This document shows, one piece after another, positions 9,753-20,393 of a DNA stretch of 64,000 nt. A program made the position numbers and the translations under genes. Position 1 is the first letter of the stretch. The number at the start of each line of letters is the position of its first letter. This DNA is from Candidatus Accumulibacter vicinus. Its GTDB lineage: Bacteria; Pseudomonadota; Gammaproteobacteria; Burkholderiales; Rhodocyclaceae. Where the stretch lies: positions 6,310 to 70,309 of the forward strand of contig DIME01000188.1 of assembly GCA_002425405.1 (NCBI GenBank). The letters run 5' to 3'. The notes under the pieces are model-generated. The model made no database searches. It was given only the letters and a program-made list of their open reading frames with translations, and was not told where the DNA came from.

Positions 9753-10280
9753 CTATTCTTCGCAGGCCGCCATCGCATCGTCGATCTCGGCGAGCAGCTT
9801 CTCCAGGAACATCAGTCGCCGCACACGGTCGGCGGCTTGTTCCAGGTCATGCCCATCGTCGAGCAGGACGGCGATCTCCTCGTAGCGCTCTCGGATGTCA
9901 CGCTGCAGACGATGGTGCAAACGCTCGAGTTCGTGGTGTTCGCCGGCGGCGCGCGCTTCGGCAGCCGCCTCGCGCCATTCCATCTGCTCGATCAGGAAAT
10001 CCGCCGGCATCAGGGTATTGTTGTCGCCCTCGATGTCGTGTGCGGCCAGATGCAGCAGGTATTTCGCCCGCGACAGGGGTTTCTTGAGCGTCTGGTAGGC
10101 TTCATTGATCCGAGTCGCCCACTGCAGCGAGAGCCGTCGTTCAGCCTCGCCGGCACTCGCAAATCGGTCGGGATGCACCCTGGACTGGATTTCTCGGTAG
10201 CGATGGTCGAGCACCGCTGCGTTGAGCCGAAAGGCGACCGGCAACTCGAAGAGGGTGAAGTGATCGGCGTTGAATTCCAT
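9753..10280 (-). CDS. hscB: Co-chaperone HscB
   Basis: J-domain HPDRF, INEAYQTLK.PL.RA.YL; start moved to MEFNADHF. Confidence 0.95.
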   Translation of the reverse strand: MEFNADHFTLFELPVAFRLNAAVLDHRYREIQSRVHPDRFASAGEAERRLSLQWATRINEAYQTLKKPLSRAKYLLHLAAHDIEGDNNTLMPADFLIEQMEWREAAAEARAAGEHHELERLHHRLQRDIRERYEEIAVLLDDGHDLEQAADRVRRLMFLEKLLAEIDDAMAACEE

Positions 10281-10379
10281 TTTTTCCCGGCAGCACAGCT
10301 TCACTCAGTTCGGAGTGGTGCGCGTGGCTTTCACATTCACCAACCAGCCTGTCGCTCCCCTTCCCATTTTGTCTGCGAA

Positions 10380-10703
10380 TTACACGTTGAAACTTTCGCC
10401 GCAGCCACAAGCGTCCTTGACGTTCGGGTTGTTGAAGCGGAATCCTTCGTTCAGGCCCTCGCGCGCGTAGTCGAGTTCGGTTCCGTCAAGATAGGGAAGG
10501 CTTTTCGGATCGATCAGAACCTTGACGCCGTGCGATTCGAACTCGATGTCATCCGGTCGCGCGTTATCAGCAAATTCGATCTGGTAGGCCATCCCGGAGC
10601 AACCGCTAGTGCGCACGCCGAGGCGCAGCCCGATGCCTTTGCCGCGCCTGACCATGAAATTCGCAACGTGGCGGGCGGCCTGTTCAGAAAGCGTCACTGC
10701 CAT
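10380..10703 (-). CDS. iscA: Iron-sulfur cluster assembly protein IscA
   Basis: SGCSG, FNNPN...CGCGESF. Confidence 0.97.
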   Translation of the reverse strand: MAVTLSEQAARHVANFMVRRGKGIGLRLGVRTSGCSGMAYQIEFADNARPDDIEFESHGVKVLIDPKSLPYLDGTELDYAREGLNEGFRFNNPNVKDACGCGESFNV

Positions 10704-10730
10704 GCAAAAACCTCCTGCTGTACTGGTCTG

Positions 10731-11126
10731 TCAAGCCGGGACCGGCTCGCCGTGCTTTTTCTTGTAATCAGCCACCGCCGCCTTGATCGCATCCTCGGCG
10801 AGAATCGAGCAGTGGATCTTGACCGGTGGCAGCGCCAGTTCGTCGGCGATCTGGGTGTTCTTGATGTCCAGCGCCTGATCAATGGTCTTGCCCTTGACCC
10901 ACTCGGTCACCAGCGAAGACGAAGCAATCGCCGAACCGCAGCCGTAAGTCTTGAATTTGGCGTCTTCGATGACGCCGCCCTTGCCGACCTTGATCTGCAG
11001 CTTCATCACGTCACCGCAAGCGGGTGCACCGACCATGCCGGTGGCCACACCCTCCTCTTCCTTGCCGAACGATCCGACGTTACGGGGATTCTCGTAGTGA
11101 TCCAGAACCTTGACACTGTACGACAT
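10731..11126 (-). CDS. iscU: Fe-S scaffold IscU
   Basis: DHYENPRNVG, GAPACGDVM, YGCGSAIASSS, LPPVKIHCS. Confidence 0.98.
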   Translation of the reverse strand: MSYSVKVLDHYENPRNVGSFGKEEEGVATGMVGAPACGDVMKLQIKVGKGGVIEDAKFKTYGCGSAIASSSLVTEWVKGKTIDQALDIKNTQIADELALPPVKIHCSILAEDAIKAAVADYKKKHGEPVPA

Positions 11127-11154
11127 GCTGTTTCTCCTTCAATACATTCATTCA

Positions 11155-12366
11155 TCAATGAGCGGCCCACTGGACCGTACTCAGGTCGACTCCATCCTGC
11201 ACCATTTCCCACAGCGGCGAGAGTTCGCGCAATCTGCCGATCTTGTCGTGCAGGAGCTTGATCGCGTAGTCGATGTCCTCCACGCTGGTAAAACGGCCAA
11301 GCGTGAACCGGATTGAACTGTGCGCAAGTTCGTCATCGCGACCGAGCGCGCGCAGGACGTACGACGGTTCGAGCGAGGCCGAAGTACATGCCGATCCGGA
11401 CGACACCGCGAGATCCTTGATCGCCATCAGCAACGATTCGCCTTCGACGTAGGCGAAGCTGATATTCAGGTTGTGCGGCACCCGGCGCTCCATGTCGCCA
11501 TTGACATAGACATGCTCGATGTCCGACAGCCCTTTGAGCAGGCGATCACGCAGCATGCGGATGCGCTCGTTCTCGGCACCCATCTCCAGACGTGCCAGGC
11601 GAAAAGCCTCACCCATGCCGACGATCTGGTGCGTTGCCAGGGTCCCGGAGCGGAAACCGCGCTCGTGGCCACCGCCATGCATCTGCGCGTTCAGGCGAAC
11701 GCGCGGTTTGCGCCGCACGTACAAGGCGCCGATCCCTTTCGGGCCGTAGGTCTTGTGCGCCGAGAAACTCATCAGATCGACCTTGAGCGTCGCGAGATCG
11801 ATCGCCACTTTGCCGGTCGCCTGCGCCGCATCGACATGGAACATGATTCCCCTGCTACGGCAGATCTCGCCGATCTCGCTGATCGGCTGGATGACGCCGA
11901 TCTCGTTATTGACGAACATCACCGAGGCAACGATCGTATCCGGGCGCAGTGCCGCCTTGAACACCTCAAGGTCGAGCAGACCGTCGTTCCTGACGTCGAG
12001 ATAGCTAACTTCAAACCCCTGTCGCTCGAGTTCGCGGCAGGTATCGAGAATGGCTTTGTGCTCGGTCTTGACCGTCACCAGATGCTTGCCCTTGCCGGAG
12101 TAGAAATGCGCCGCGCCCTTGAGCGCCAGGTTGTTCGACTCGGTCGCACCGGAGGTCCAGACGATCTCCTTGGGGTCGGCATTGACCAGTCTGGCCACTT
12201 CTGCACGCGCTTCTTCGACCGCAGCCTCGGCTTCCCAACCGAAAGAATGTGAGCGCGAAGCGGCGTTGCCGAATTTCTCGAACAGATAAGGAATCATCTT
12301 TTCCGCCACGCGTGGATCGACCGGCGTCGTGGCGGAATAATCGAGATAGATAGGCAGTTTCAACAT
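11155..12366 (-). CDS. iscS: Cysteine desulfurase IscS
   Basis: [38 protein letters not shown]-terminal QWAAH. Confidence 0.97.
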   Translation of the reverse strand: MLKLPIYLDYSATTPVDPRVAEKMIPYLFEKFGNAASRSHSFGWEAEAAVEEARAEVARLVNADPKEIVWTSGATESNNLALKGAAHFYSGKGKHLVTVKTEHKAILDTCRELERQGFEVSYLDVRNDGLLDLEVFKAALRPDTIVASVMFVNNEIGVIQPISEIGEICRSRGIMFHVDAAQATGKVAIDLATLKVDLMSFSAHKTYGPKGIGALYVRRKPRVRLNAQMHGGGHERGFRSGTLATHQIVGMGEAFRLARLEMGAENERIRMLRDRLLKGLSDIEHVYVNGDMERRVPHNLNISFAYVEGESLLMAIKDLAVSSGSACTSASLEPSYVLRALGRDDELAHSSIRFTLGRFTSVEDIDYAIKLLHDKIGRLRELSPLWEMVQDGVDLSTVQWAAH

Positions 12367-12424
12367 TGCTCTTGCTCCGGGTTGTTCAGGTTCTTGCAGA
12401 TTTTCAGTTCGCCTTCTGGCACGC

Positions 12425-13591
12425 TCAAGCAGTCATTGCGGTCAGCCGCTGCAAGCCGGCGACAGTGGCCTGCAGGGTTTTCAGAAAGCCGGCGACCTGT
12501 TCTCCGCTATTGCCGCCACCGAGACTGACGCGGACCGCGCCACGGGCCAGCCCGGGATCAACCCCCATCGCCCGCAGCACATGCGATGGCTCGGGATTGG
12601 CACTCGAACAGGCCGCGCCGCTGGCGACTGCGTAGCCGGCGCGGTCCAGGTATCCGACCAGCGTTTCGCCATCGAGTTCAGGGAACGAGAAATAAACGGT
12701 GTTCGGGAGGCGCTCGGCAGCCTGGCCAAAGAGTGTCGCGCCGAGGCCGGTGAGGCCAGCTTCAAGCCGCCTGCGCATTTCAAGCAGCGGCTTCGCCAGC
12801 GTAGCTTGGCGCTCTGCAGCCAGGGTACAGGCGACGCCGAAACCGACGATTGCCGCTACATTCTCGGTCCCCGAACGTAGTCCGCGTTCGTGGCCACCAC
12901 CGGCAATCAGCGGCTCCAGTTCGACGCGCTTGTCGAGCACCAGCGCCGCTGCACCCTTGGGGCCGCCGATCTTGTGTGCCGACAAGGTCAGCGCATGCAC
13001 GCCAGCGGCATTGAGACGACGAAAATCGACGGCCAGCTTGCCCACCGCCTGCACCGCATCGGTGTGAAACCAGGCGCCGGCCATGCGCGCGTACTCGGCG
13101 AGTGATTCGAGATCCTGCAACACGCCGGTCTCGTTGTTGGCCAGCATCACCGAAACGATCTTCGGCTTTCGGGCCATGATCGCCGCGAAGTTGCCGATAT
13201 CGACCCGGCCGCTGGCGTCGACCGTCAGCTTCTCGAGTGTCCAGCCATGTTTGCACAATTGCTCGGCAGGTTTGATCACACAAGGGTGCTCAATCGCGCT
13301 GACGGCCAGCAGACCAGGCTTCAAACAAACTGCGGCACCCTTGATGAACAGATTGTTGGCTTCCGAACCGCCACTGGTAAACACCACTTCGCTTGCATGC
13401 GCACCGACTGCCGCAGCGACCTGGTCACGCGCCTCGTCAATCGCCCGCCGTGCCGCACGCCCATATTCGTGCCGGCTCGAGGCATTGCCGAACCGCCCCG
13501 AAAGATAGGGCAGCATCGCCTCGAGTACCGCCGGGTCGGGCGGGGTACTGGCATTGTGGTCGAGATACACGGGCGCGAACATGGCGGTCAA
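12425..13591 (-). CDS. Second group-I cysteine desulfurase (NifS/IscS-like)
   Basis: [27 protein letters not shown]...PSHVL; lacks the IscS C-terminal tail. Confidence 0.9.
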   Translation of the reverse strand: MTAMFAPVYLDHNASTPPDPAVLEAMLPYLSGRFGNASSRHEYGRAARRAIDEARDQVAAAVGAHASEVVFTSGGSEANNLFIKGAAVCLKPGLLAVSAIEHPCVIKPAEQLCKHGWTLEKLTVDASGRVDIGNFAAIMARKPKIVSVMLANNETGVLQDLESLAEYARMAGAWFHTDAVQAVGKLAVDFRRLNAAGVHALTLSAHKIGGPKGAAALVLDKRVELEPLIAGGGHERGLRSGTENVAAIVGFGVACTLAAERQATLAKPLLEMRRRLEAGLTGLGATLFGQAAERLPNTVYFSFPELDGETLVGYLDRAGYAVASGAACSSANPEPSHVLRAMGVDPGLARGAVRVSLGGGNSGEQVAGFLKTLQATVAGLQRLTAMTA

Positions 13592-13594
13592 CGC

Positions 13595-14086
13595 TCAGCT
13601 TTCAAGGGCAACGGCCTTGGCGCGTGCCCGCGGCCTGCTCCGGCGCGCATCATGGACAACGGCGGCCTTGCCGCCGGTTCTCTGGAGTTGTTGATTGACG
13701 AGCTCGGCTAGCGTCACCGAACTGAGAAACTCGTACATCTTGTCGTTGAGCGTCGACCATAACTCGTGCGTCATGCAGCGCTCATCGTCGTGACAGTTCT
13801 CGCGGCCACCGCATTGCGTCGCATCGAGTGGTTCATCGACGGCACGGATGATGTCGGTAACCGTCATCTCGCTGGTTGGTCGCGCCAGACAGTAGCCACC
13901 ACCGGGGCCGCGCACGCTTTCGACGAGGCCATAGCGGCGTAGCTTGCCAAACAGTTGCTCCAGATAGGAAAGGGAAATCTTCTGGCGATCGCTGATTCCG
14001 GCCAGAGACACCGGACCTTCGCTGCAGCGCAGCGCCAGGTCGATCATCGCAGTAACTGCGAAACGTCCTTTGGTAGTTAGTCGCAT
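13595..14086 (-). CDS. iscR: Fe-S cluster regulator IscR (Rrf2)
   Basis: [34 protein letters not shown], three Cys plus His (QC...C....RC.THELW). Confidence 0.96.
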   Translation of the reverse strand: MRLTTKGRFAVTAMIDLALRCSEGPVSLAGISDRQKISLSYLEQLFGKLRRYGLVESVRGPGGGYCLARPTSEMTVTDIIRAVDEPLDATQCGGRENCHDDERCMTHELWSTLNDKMYEFLSSVTLAELVNQQLQRTGGKAAVVHDARRSRPRARAKAVALES

Positions 14087-14105
14087 GGCTCCTCCACGGA
14101 TATTA

Positions 14106-14158
14106 GTAGTTGATCAGGTTATTAGACTATAGTGACAACTCAGCAATTAGTCAACTAT
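14106..14158 (-). promoter_or_regulatory. iscR sigma70 promoter with two tandem IscR type-1-like boxes
   Basis: Minus strand TTGACT-N17-TATAGT (-35 at 14149-14154, -10 at 14126-14131); ATAGTTGACTAATTGCTGAGTTGTC and ATAGTCTAATAACCTGATCAACTAC resemble the E. coli iscR operators; overlaps the cysE stop. Confidence 0.7.
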
Positions 14159-14899
14159 TTTACTCAAGTATTGAGGGTCGAAATGGTCAGTCGTGACCAG
14201 CTCGTCCTTGAGCTCGACGCCGGCCTCGTCGAGTTTCCTGAGCAGCAGTTCAAAACGCCGGTCAACCTCGACCGCATGGTCGAGAAGTCCATGAATCGCC
14301 TTGGCCAGCGGGTCATCCTGATCACCAGCCAGGGCATAGGCCGAGAAACCCAGCTGCCCGGCCATCTGCTCACGCTTCTCGGCCTGCACGCTGTCGATGA
14401 TGCGCGCCGGATTGCCCACCGCAGTGGCTCCTGGCGGTACGTTCTTGATTACCACCGCATTCGAACCGACCTTGGCCGACGCACCGATGGTGATCGGTCC
14501 GAGCACCTTGGCGCCGGCACCGATGACCACTCCATTTTCCAGCGTCGGATGCCGCCGGCCCTTGTTCCATGAAGTCCCGCCGAGGGTGACGCCGTGGTAG
14601 AGCGTGACATCGTCGCCAATGATGGCGGTCTCGCCGATCACCACTCCCATCCCGTGATCGATGAACAGACGCCGCCCGATCGTCGCACCGGGATGGATTT
14701 CAATACCGGTGAAGAAACGACCGAGGTGCGAGACCGCGCGACCCAGCCAGCGCAGTTGATGCCTCCACAACCAGTGCGCCAGACGATGTGAGGCCATCGC
14801 ATGCACACCGGGATAACAGGTCAGCACCTCCCAGAAAGTACGGGCAGCAGGGTCACGATCGAATACCGATTGAATGTCTTCTCGCAGGTGGCTGAACAT
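14147..14899 (-). CDS. cysE: Serine O-acetyltransferase
   Basis: DPAAR...[36 protein letters not shown]...RHPT hexapeptide repeats; start moved to MFSHLRED. Confidence 0.95.
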   Translation of the reverse strand: MFSHLREDIQSVFDRDPAARTFWEVLTCYPGVHAMASHRLAHWLWRHQLRWLGRAVSHLGRFFTGIEIHPGATIGRRLFIDHGMGVVIGETAIIGDDVTLYHGVTLGGTSWNKGRRHPTLENGVVIGAGAKVLGPITIGASAKVGSNAVVIKNVPPGATAVGNPARIIDSVQAEKREQMAGQLGFSAYALAGDQDDPLAKAIHGLLDHAVEVDRRFELLLRKLDEAGVELKDELVTTDHFDPQYLSKIVD

Positions 14900-14957
14900 G
14901 AAAGAAAATCCTTCAGCGAAAATCCTTGTGGGAAGTAGTTCATTATACAATACCCAA

Positions 14958-15779
14958 CTATTCTGATCCACTATCATCTACGGTGTCGCTTGTACCGCTG
15001 CTCATCCTGCCATCTTTGGCGACCGGCCTTTCGACCGCGTCAAGCAGTCCGCGCAGAATGTTGATCTCGTCGCGTTCGAGCTCGACACGTCCGAACAGGC
15101 GACGCAGCTTGGGAAGCAGCCGCCGTGGTCGCAGCGGGTCGAGAAAACCGCTGCTCACCATGACCCGTTCAAGATGCTCGAAAAACCGCTGCACATCCTG
15201 GTGGCTCGCCGGTGGCGAAGCAAATGGCACCGCTTTGCTGAGTACCGGTGGATAGCCGTCGAAAGCCGCCAGGCGCAACTCATAACACAGCAGTTGCACC
15301 GCTGCAGCCAGATTGAGTGAGGTGTACTCTGGGTTCGCGGGGATGAAGACCGTACGCTGACAGCGCTGTACCTCGGCATTCGACAGCCCGGCAGTCTCGT
15401 TGCCAAACAATAGTGCCACCTCGCCCTCGTCGGCCCTGGCGAGAATCTCTGCCGCGGCCGAGCGCGCCGGCAGTGGCGGTGGCCCGAGGTTGCGCTGCCG
15501 CGCCGAGATTGCGCAGGTAAATACACAATCGGCCAGCGCTGCATCAATGCTCGTATACACCTCCGCCGTCACGAGAAGGCCCCCGGCCCCGGCGGCACGG
15601 GCCAGCGCCTGGTCATCGGGAAAGTGCTTCGGATTGACCAGCAGCAGGCGCGACAGACCCATCGTCTTCATTGCGCGCGCGGCGGCACCGATGTTGCCGG
15701 GATGGCTGGTATGCGACAGGACGACGCGAACCCGGTCGAGCAGCGAGTTCGAAGATTGAGACCTGGCAGGCCGGTTCAT
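14958..15779 (-). CDS. trmJ: tRNA/rRNA methyltransferase TrmJ (SPOUT)
   Basis: [45 protein letters not shown]; suhB-trmJ-cysE-iscR synteny. Confidence 0.9.
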   Translation of the reverse strand: MNRPARSQSSNSLLDRVRVVLSHTSHPGNIGAAARAMKTMGLSRLLLVNPKHFPDDQALARAAGAGGLLVTAEVYTSIDAALADCVFTCAISARQRNLGPPPLPARSAAAEILARADEGEVALLFGNETAGLSNAEVQRCQRTVFIPANPEYTSLNLAAAVQLLCYELRLAAFDGYPPVLSKAVPFASPPASHQDVQRFFEHLERVMVSSGFLDPLRPRRLLPKLRRLFGRVELERDEINILRGLLDAVERPVAKDGRMSSGTSDTVDDSGSE

Positions 15780-15849
15780 ATTAGAATCGGGATTCTCCCA
15801 CAGCAATCGGGCCGCACACGCCGCCCGCCGGGTTCTTCAAAAGTCATCC

Positions 15850-16659
15850 ATGCATCCAGCGCTCAACATCCTCATCAAGGCGGCTCGCCGCGCCAGCCAG
15901 ATCATCAATCGTGCCTCACTGGATCTCGAGCACCTGCAGGTCGCCACCAAACGTCAGAGCGATTTCGTCACGGAAGTGGATAAAGCCGCCGAAGTGGCGA
16001 TTATCGAAGTGCTGCGCGAAGCGTATCCAGAATACGGCATTCTAGCAGAAGAGTCCGGTCAGACCGCCGGTAGCACCGGCACCAGCGAGTATCAGTGGAT
16101 CATCGACCCGCTTGACGGCACCACCAATTTCATCCACGGTCTTCCACAATACGCGGTCTCGATTGCGCTCGCTCATCGCGGTCAGATCACCCAGTCGGTG
16201 GTATATGACACGGTCAGGAACGAGATGTTCACTGCCAGCAAGGGCGCTGGCGCCTTCCTCAACGAACGCCGCATCCGTGTCAGCAAGTGCCTCAGACTCG
16301 AAGATGCGTTGATTGGCACCGGCTTCCCTTACCGCATCTACGATCACATCGACGCTTACCTGGCGATCTTCAAGGAACTGGCGCGAAAAACTGCCGGCCT
16401 CCGCCGCCCCGGCGCTGCTTCCCTCGATCTGGCCTACGTGGCCTGCGGACGTTTCGACGGCTTCTGGGAATTCGGCCTGTCGCCCTGGGACATCGCCGGT
16501 GGCGCGCTGTTGATTTCCGAAGCCGGCGGCCTGATCAGTGATCTCGCAGGCAACGAAAGCTACCTGCAAACCGGCAACCTGGTCGCTGGTACGCCGAAGA
16601 TCTTTGCCCAATTGTTGCAGGTGATCGACAATCATCGGACGGCGGGGTTGACGGCGTGA
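15850..16659 (+). CDS. suhB: Inositol monophosphatase SuhB
   Basis: MHPALNI..KAARRA, WIIDPLDGTTNF, L.PWDIAGG. Confidence 0.95.
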   Translation: MHPALNILIKAARRASQIINRASLDLEHLQVATKRQSDFVTEVDKAAEVAIIEVLREAYPEYGILAEESGQTAGSTGTSEYQWIIDPLDGTTNFIHGLPQYAVSIALAHRGQITQSVVYDTVRNEMFTASKGAGAFLNERRIRVSKCLRLEDALIGTGFPYRIYDHIDAYLAIFKELARKTAGLRRPGAASLDLAYVACGRFDGFWEFGLSPWDIAGGALLISEAGGLISDLAGNESYLQTGNLVAGTPKIFAQLLQVIDNHRTAGLTA

Positions 16660-16705
16660 ATAGTGAATAGGCCGAAGAACCGTTGACGGCGGTGATGGCC
16701 TGCCG

Positions 16706-17518
16706 TCAGAGTTCGAGTTCCGCAATCAGCGGCGCGTGATCCGAGCAGCGAGCCCAGGACAGTCCCTTGGGGACCTGCATTTCGAGTATCTGGAAGCCGC
16801 GCACGTAGATGCGATCCAGTGTCAGCCAAGGGGCAAAACTCGGAAAGGTGCGTGCCACGCCAGCCTGCGTATCACTGGCGGTGCGCCAGGGCAGCAACCA
16901 GTCGAGAACGCCGCGGTCGGGGATTGCCGACGCGGCTGCCTCGCCCACTTCATCGACACCCAACCGGTCGCGCAGCAGACTATCGACTCGCTGTTGCCAG
17001 TCGTTGAAGTCGCCGGCAATGATCAGCGGCGCCTTGGCGGGTACTTCGCGCTGCACGAAATCCGCCAGAAAAGTGGCCTGCCGCAGGCGGCTGCGCTTGA
17101 TCAGGCCGAAATGGACGCAGATCAGGTGCACCTCACGGCCCTTGCCCCGGCCGAAGCGCACCACGGCGTGCAGCAGGCCGCGCTTTTCAAGGATATGGTC
17201 GGAGATGTCGTGGTTGGTGAAGTCGACAATCCGATGGCGCGAGAGGATGGCATTCCCGTGATGGCCATGCGGATAAACCGCATTCATGCCGTAGGCGCGG
17301 TGTGCGTAAGCGCCAGTGGCCAGAAAATCGAGCTGGGTACCCGATAATGGGTAGCCAGGCTGACGGACCAGCCGTTCATTGCGGTCCTGCACCTCCTGCA
17401 GGAAAACGATGTCGGCATCGATGGCGTCGAGCGCCATGCGTACGTCGTGGATGCGTGGCCGCCCGCGGATACCGGTGACGCCCTTGTGGATGTTGTAGGT
17501 AGCAACCCGGAGCCTCAT
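16706..17518 (-). CDS. Endonuclease/exonuclease/phosphatase family protein (YbhP-like)
   Basis: VATYNIHKG, FLQEV, GNAILSR, AGDFNDW, LDRIY, SDHAPL. Confidence 0.88.
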   Translation of the reverse strand: MRLRVATYNIHKGVTGIRGRPRIHDVRMALDAIDADIVFLQEVQDRNERLVRQPGYPLSGTQLDFLATGAYAHRAYGMNAVYPHGHHGNAILSRHRIVDFTNHDISDHILEKRGLLHAVVRFGRGKGREVHLICVHFGLIKRSRLRQATFLADFVQREVPAKAPLIIAGDFNDWQQRVDSLLRDRLGVDEVGEAAASAIPDRGVLDWLLPWRTASDTQAGVARTFPSFAPWLTLDRIYVRGFQILEMQVPKGLSWARCSDHAPLIAELEL

Positions 17519-17549
17519 GGCAGGGTCTGGCAGGTGGCTGGCTGAGGCT

Positions 17550-19004
17550 TCACGGCAAACGTTCGAAGTAGCGATCGATCAGGGTCGGATCGTCGAAATG
17601 GCGGCGCCCGACGAAAGCCGTCGCATGCCGCCCCCATTGCCGCATCTGCCCGGCGCTGATCACCCCCATCGGCCAGAAGTAGAAGCGTTCGCGCCGCTCG
17701 CTGCCGGCAATCAGCCCATCCGGAGTAAAAGCGCTGCGGTTGCCGCCGTCAGGTAAGGGTAGCGCACGCAGCTCGTCGTCGTCGCGCAGCACGAGTGCGA
17801 CGCTGCGATCCTGTCTCGCAACGTCGATTTCAACCCGCTGCAGATAGTGCGTGCCAGCTGCGAGTTTCAGCACGACGCGCTCGTGCGTCGCCGGCGAGCG
17901 GAGCGTTTGGGGGGAAAACAGGTTTTCATCGATGCTCTCGGTTTGCGGTCGCGCCCGTACCTGCTGGGTCGGTATGAACAGATGATAGCAGCCACAGGGA
18001 TGAATCGTGTCATAGACCAGGGGAGTGCCGTCCTCGGCCAGGGTGACGCGCCACATCAGGCCATCGAGCCGCCCGGCCAGGACGTCGTAGGCATGCACCG
18101 GTGGGCGTGCCGGAAACCATGCAGTGTATATCAGTTGTAGCGACCAGCGCCCACTGAAGCGTGCGTGGCTGGTGCGCACGTACAGCACCGGCTGGTCGAG
18201 GGCAACACCGATCCGCAGCCGGCCATCAGAATCGATCCGCCAGACCAGTGCGCCGGGGTAATCGGCGTCGCTCGCCGTGGCAATGTCGAGTTGCGGGGCG
18301 TGGCGAAGGATCAGGCTGTTCAGTGTCTGTCGGGAGAGCACTGGCAGGCCAAGTTCGGGCAACTCAAGCAGCGCTGGCATGGCGGTCAGGGATTCACTGA
18401 CGGTGTAGCGCCGACGCATGGCGGCAAACGGGTCAGTCGCGGCCTGTGCGGCAAACTCCGCCAGCGTGTCGCGCTGCCAGTTCCGGATGCCGGCAGCGAA
18501 AGCGTAGCGTGTCAGCGGATAGAGACCCAGCGCACGCATCCCGGTCGAGTAGTCGTCGGGCACCTGGACTGCTTCGAGCAACGCCGGCAGCTCGTGCTGA
18601 TCGGCCCATGCCAGCAGTTGCCGGCAAGCGGTCAGCGCGTCGGCCAAGGCAGTAGCGTCGTGACTGGCATTGCCAAGTTCGATGCGCCGCGCGGCGGCAT
18701 CCAGCACCGCCAGCGCAGCGCTCCAGGCCTGTGCCTGCGGCGCGGTCAAGTCGCTCTGCGCTGCCATCTGGGCGAGAACACGATCGACCCGCCGGTAGGG
18801 AAAACCTGGTACACGCGGCGCTTGTGCATCACGTGTGCCTGCCTCGTCGATCAGTCGGTCGCTTACCTGGAAAAGTCGCGCGCAATCCCCTAAGGCGTCG
18901 TCCTGCTGCAGACGCTGCGCGACCGGCGCGTATCCATAGGGGTCCGGACTTGCACAGCCGGCGAGCAGGCCGCAGCACAGAGCGATGGCGAGACCGTTCG
19001 TCAT
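17550..19004 (-). CDS. Lipoprotein of unknown function
   Basis: Lipobox LLAG-C at residue 17; 484-aa ORF with coding-like composition; conserved-looking YDTIHPCGCYH and QWGRHATAFVGRRHFDDP motifs. Confidence 0.7.
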   Translation of the reverse strand: MTNGLAIALCCGLLAGCASPDPYGYAPVAQRLQQDDALGDCARLFQVSDRLIDEAGTRDAQAPRVPGFPYRRVDRVLAQMAAQSDLTAPQAQAWSAALAVLDAAARRIELGNASHDATALADALTACRQLLAWADQHELPALLEAVQVPDDYSTGMRALGLYPLTRYAFAAGIRNWQRDTLAEFAAQAATDPFAAMRRRYTVSESLTAMPALLELPELGLPVLSRQTLNSLILRHAPQLDIATASDADYPGALVWRIDSDGRLRIGVALDQPVLYVRTSHARFSGRWSLQLIYTAWFPARPPVHAYDVLAGRLDGLMWRVTLAEDGTPLVYDTIHPCGCYHLFIPTQQVRARPQTESIDENLFSPQTLRSPATHERVVLKLAAGTHYLQRVEIDVARQDRSVALVLRDDDELRALPLPDGGNRSAFTPDGLIAGSERRERFYFWPMGVISAGQMRQWGRHATAFVGRRHFDDPTLIDRYFERLP

Positions 19005-19699
19005 TCGGCAGGCTCCGCAGCGACCAGTAGCGCCTGTCGCCTCTCGATCTCGCGCAGCATCGCCTCGAACTGCGCGCGCATCGTGGCTCGCACGGCGGCA
19101 ATGCCGAACAGCGGGCCGATCACCGGGGGGAGCGGCCGCGTCAGTTCGAACTGCGCGTCGTAGTCCAGCCGCACCCCGGCACGTTGCGCCAAGCGGATTG
19201 CGCTCAGCGTGTAACGGCCGCTGAAGCTGCGCAGCGTCGGCTCACCCGCGTCCAGGGGATTCGCATCCATGCGCGCCAGCACCATCGTATAGGGAAGGTG
19301 CTGAACCGCCAGGCGGACCCGTACCGGCAGGTCGATAAAGAATACCGAGAACACGCCGACCTGCTCGATAATGAGCTGGTTTCCTGCACGCGCGAGAACG
19401 CGTGCGCGCGTCACTCCAGGAATGAACTCGCGCAGGCGCTCATAGTCGGTCAGCGCTTCCCAAACCACGCGCTGATCGGCGACCAACTGCGCGCTGGCTC
19501 GCACGCTGTAGATTTCACCGTCGAGCGACACCTCGATGCGGGCCGTTGCGCCACCGGCTGCATCGCTCTGCGCCAGGGCATCGGACGCAATCATCAGTGA
19601 CATCAGAGCCACCAGCACGCCCTGCGAGAAGCTGCGTGCGGCTGGACGCAGCGGTGCAGCGAGTGGTCGTCTGGTATACTGCACAGTCTTGGCAGACAT
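19001..19699 (-). CDS. SRPBCC / polyketide cyclase (START-like) family protein, probably exported
   Basis: [21 protein letters not shown] typical of the cyclase/START fold; hydrophobic N-terminal segment; start uncertain. Confidence 0.75.
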   Translation of the reverse strand: MSAKTVQYTRRPLAAPLRPAARSFSQGVLVALMSLMIASDALAQSDAAGGATARIEVSLDGEIYSVRASAQLVADQRVVWEALTDYERLREFIPGVTRARVLARAGNQLIIEQVGVFSVFFIDLPVRVRLAVQHLPYTMVLARMDANPLDAGEPTLRSFSGRYTLSAIRLAQRAGVRLDYDAQFELTRPLPPVIGPLFGIAAVRATMRAQFEAMLREIERRQALLVAAEPAE

Positions 19700-19718
19700 T
19701 CCCCTACGACCGTCGAAC

Positions 19719-20351
19719 ATGAAATATCAGATCATCCCGGTGACCCCTTTCGAGCAGAACTGCAGCCTGCTCTGGTGCGAGCAAACCAGGCGCGGTGCCG
19801 TCGTCGATCCGGGTGGTGATGTATCGCGCATCCTGCGCGCAGTTTCGGCCAACGGCGTCGAGCTGGAGAAGATTCTCGTCACGCACGGTCATATCGACCA
19901 CGCTGGCGCCGTAGCTGATCTGGCGGATCGTTTGTCCCTGCCGATCGAAGGACCGCAGCGCGAAGACCAGTTCTGGATTGACGGCATGCCGGTACAGAGC
20001 AGGATGTTCGGCTTTGCCAACGTGCGGGCCTTTACGCCTGACCGCTGGCTCGTCCAGGGCGACAAGGTATCGTTCGGCAAGGTCGAAATGGACGTCCTGC
20101 ATTGTCCTGGCCATACGCCTGGGCACGTGGTTTTCTTCAACCAACCGGGCCGCTTGGCGATCGTTGGCGACGTACTGTTCCAGGGCTCGATTGGCCGTAC
20201 CGATTTTCCGAAAGGCGATTTCAATACGCTGATTTCTTCGATCCGCAATCGGCTCTGGCCGCTCGGTGACGATGTCGTCTTCATTCCTGGTCACGGACCG
20301 ATGTCCACTTTCGGAGCCGAGAGACGCAGCAATCCTTTCTGCGGAGACTAA
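19719..20351 (+). CDS. MBL-fold metallo-hydrolase (glyoxalase II / YcbL-like)
   Basis: [33 protein letters not shown]. Confidence 0.92.
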   Translation: MKYQIIPVTPFEQNCSLLWCEQTRRGAVVDPGGDVSRILRAVSANGVELEKILVTHGHIDHAGAVADLADRLSLPIEGPQREDQFWIDGMPVQSRMFGFANVRAFTPDRWLVQGDKVSFGKVEMDVLHCPGHTPGHVVFFNQPGRLAIVGDVLFQGSIGRTDFPKGDFNTLISSIRNRLWPLGDDVVFIPGHGPMSTFGAERRSNPFCGD

Positions 20352-20393
20352 CGATCAGTTCTCCGGACGCTGGACCATCCTCTCGTTCAGTTC

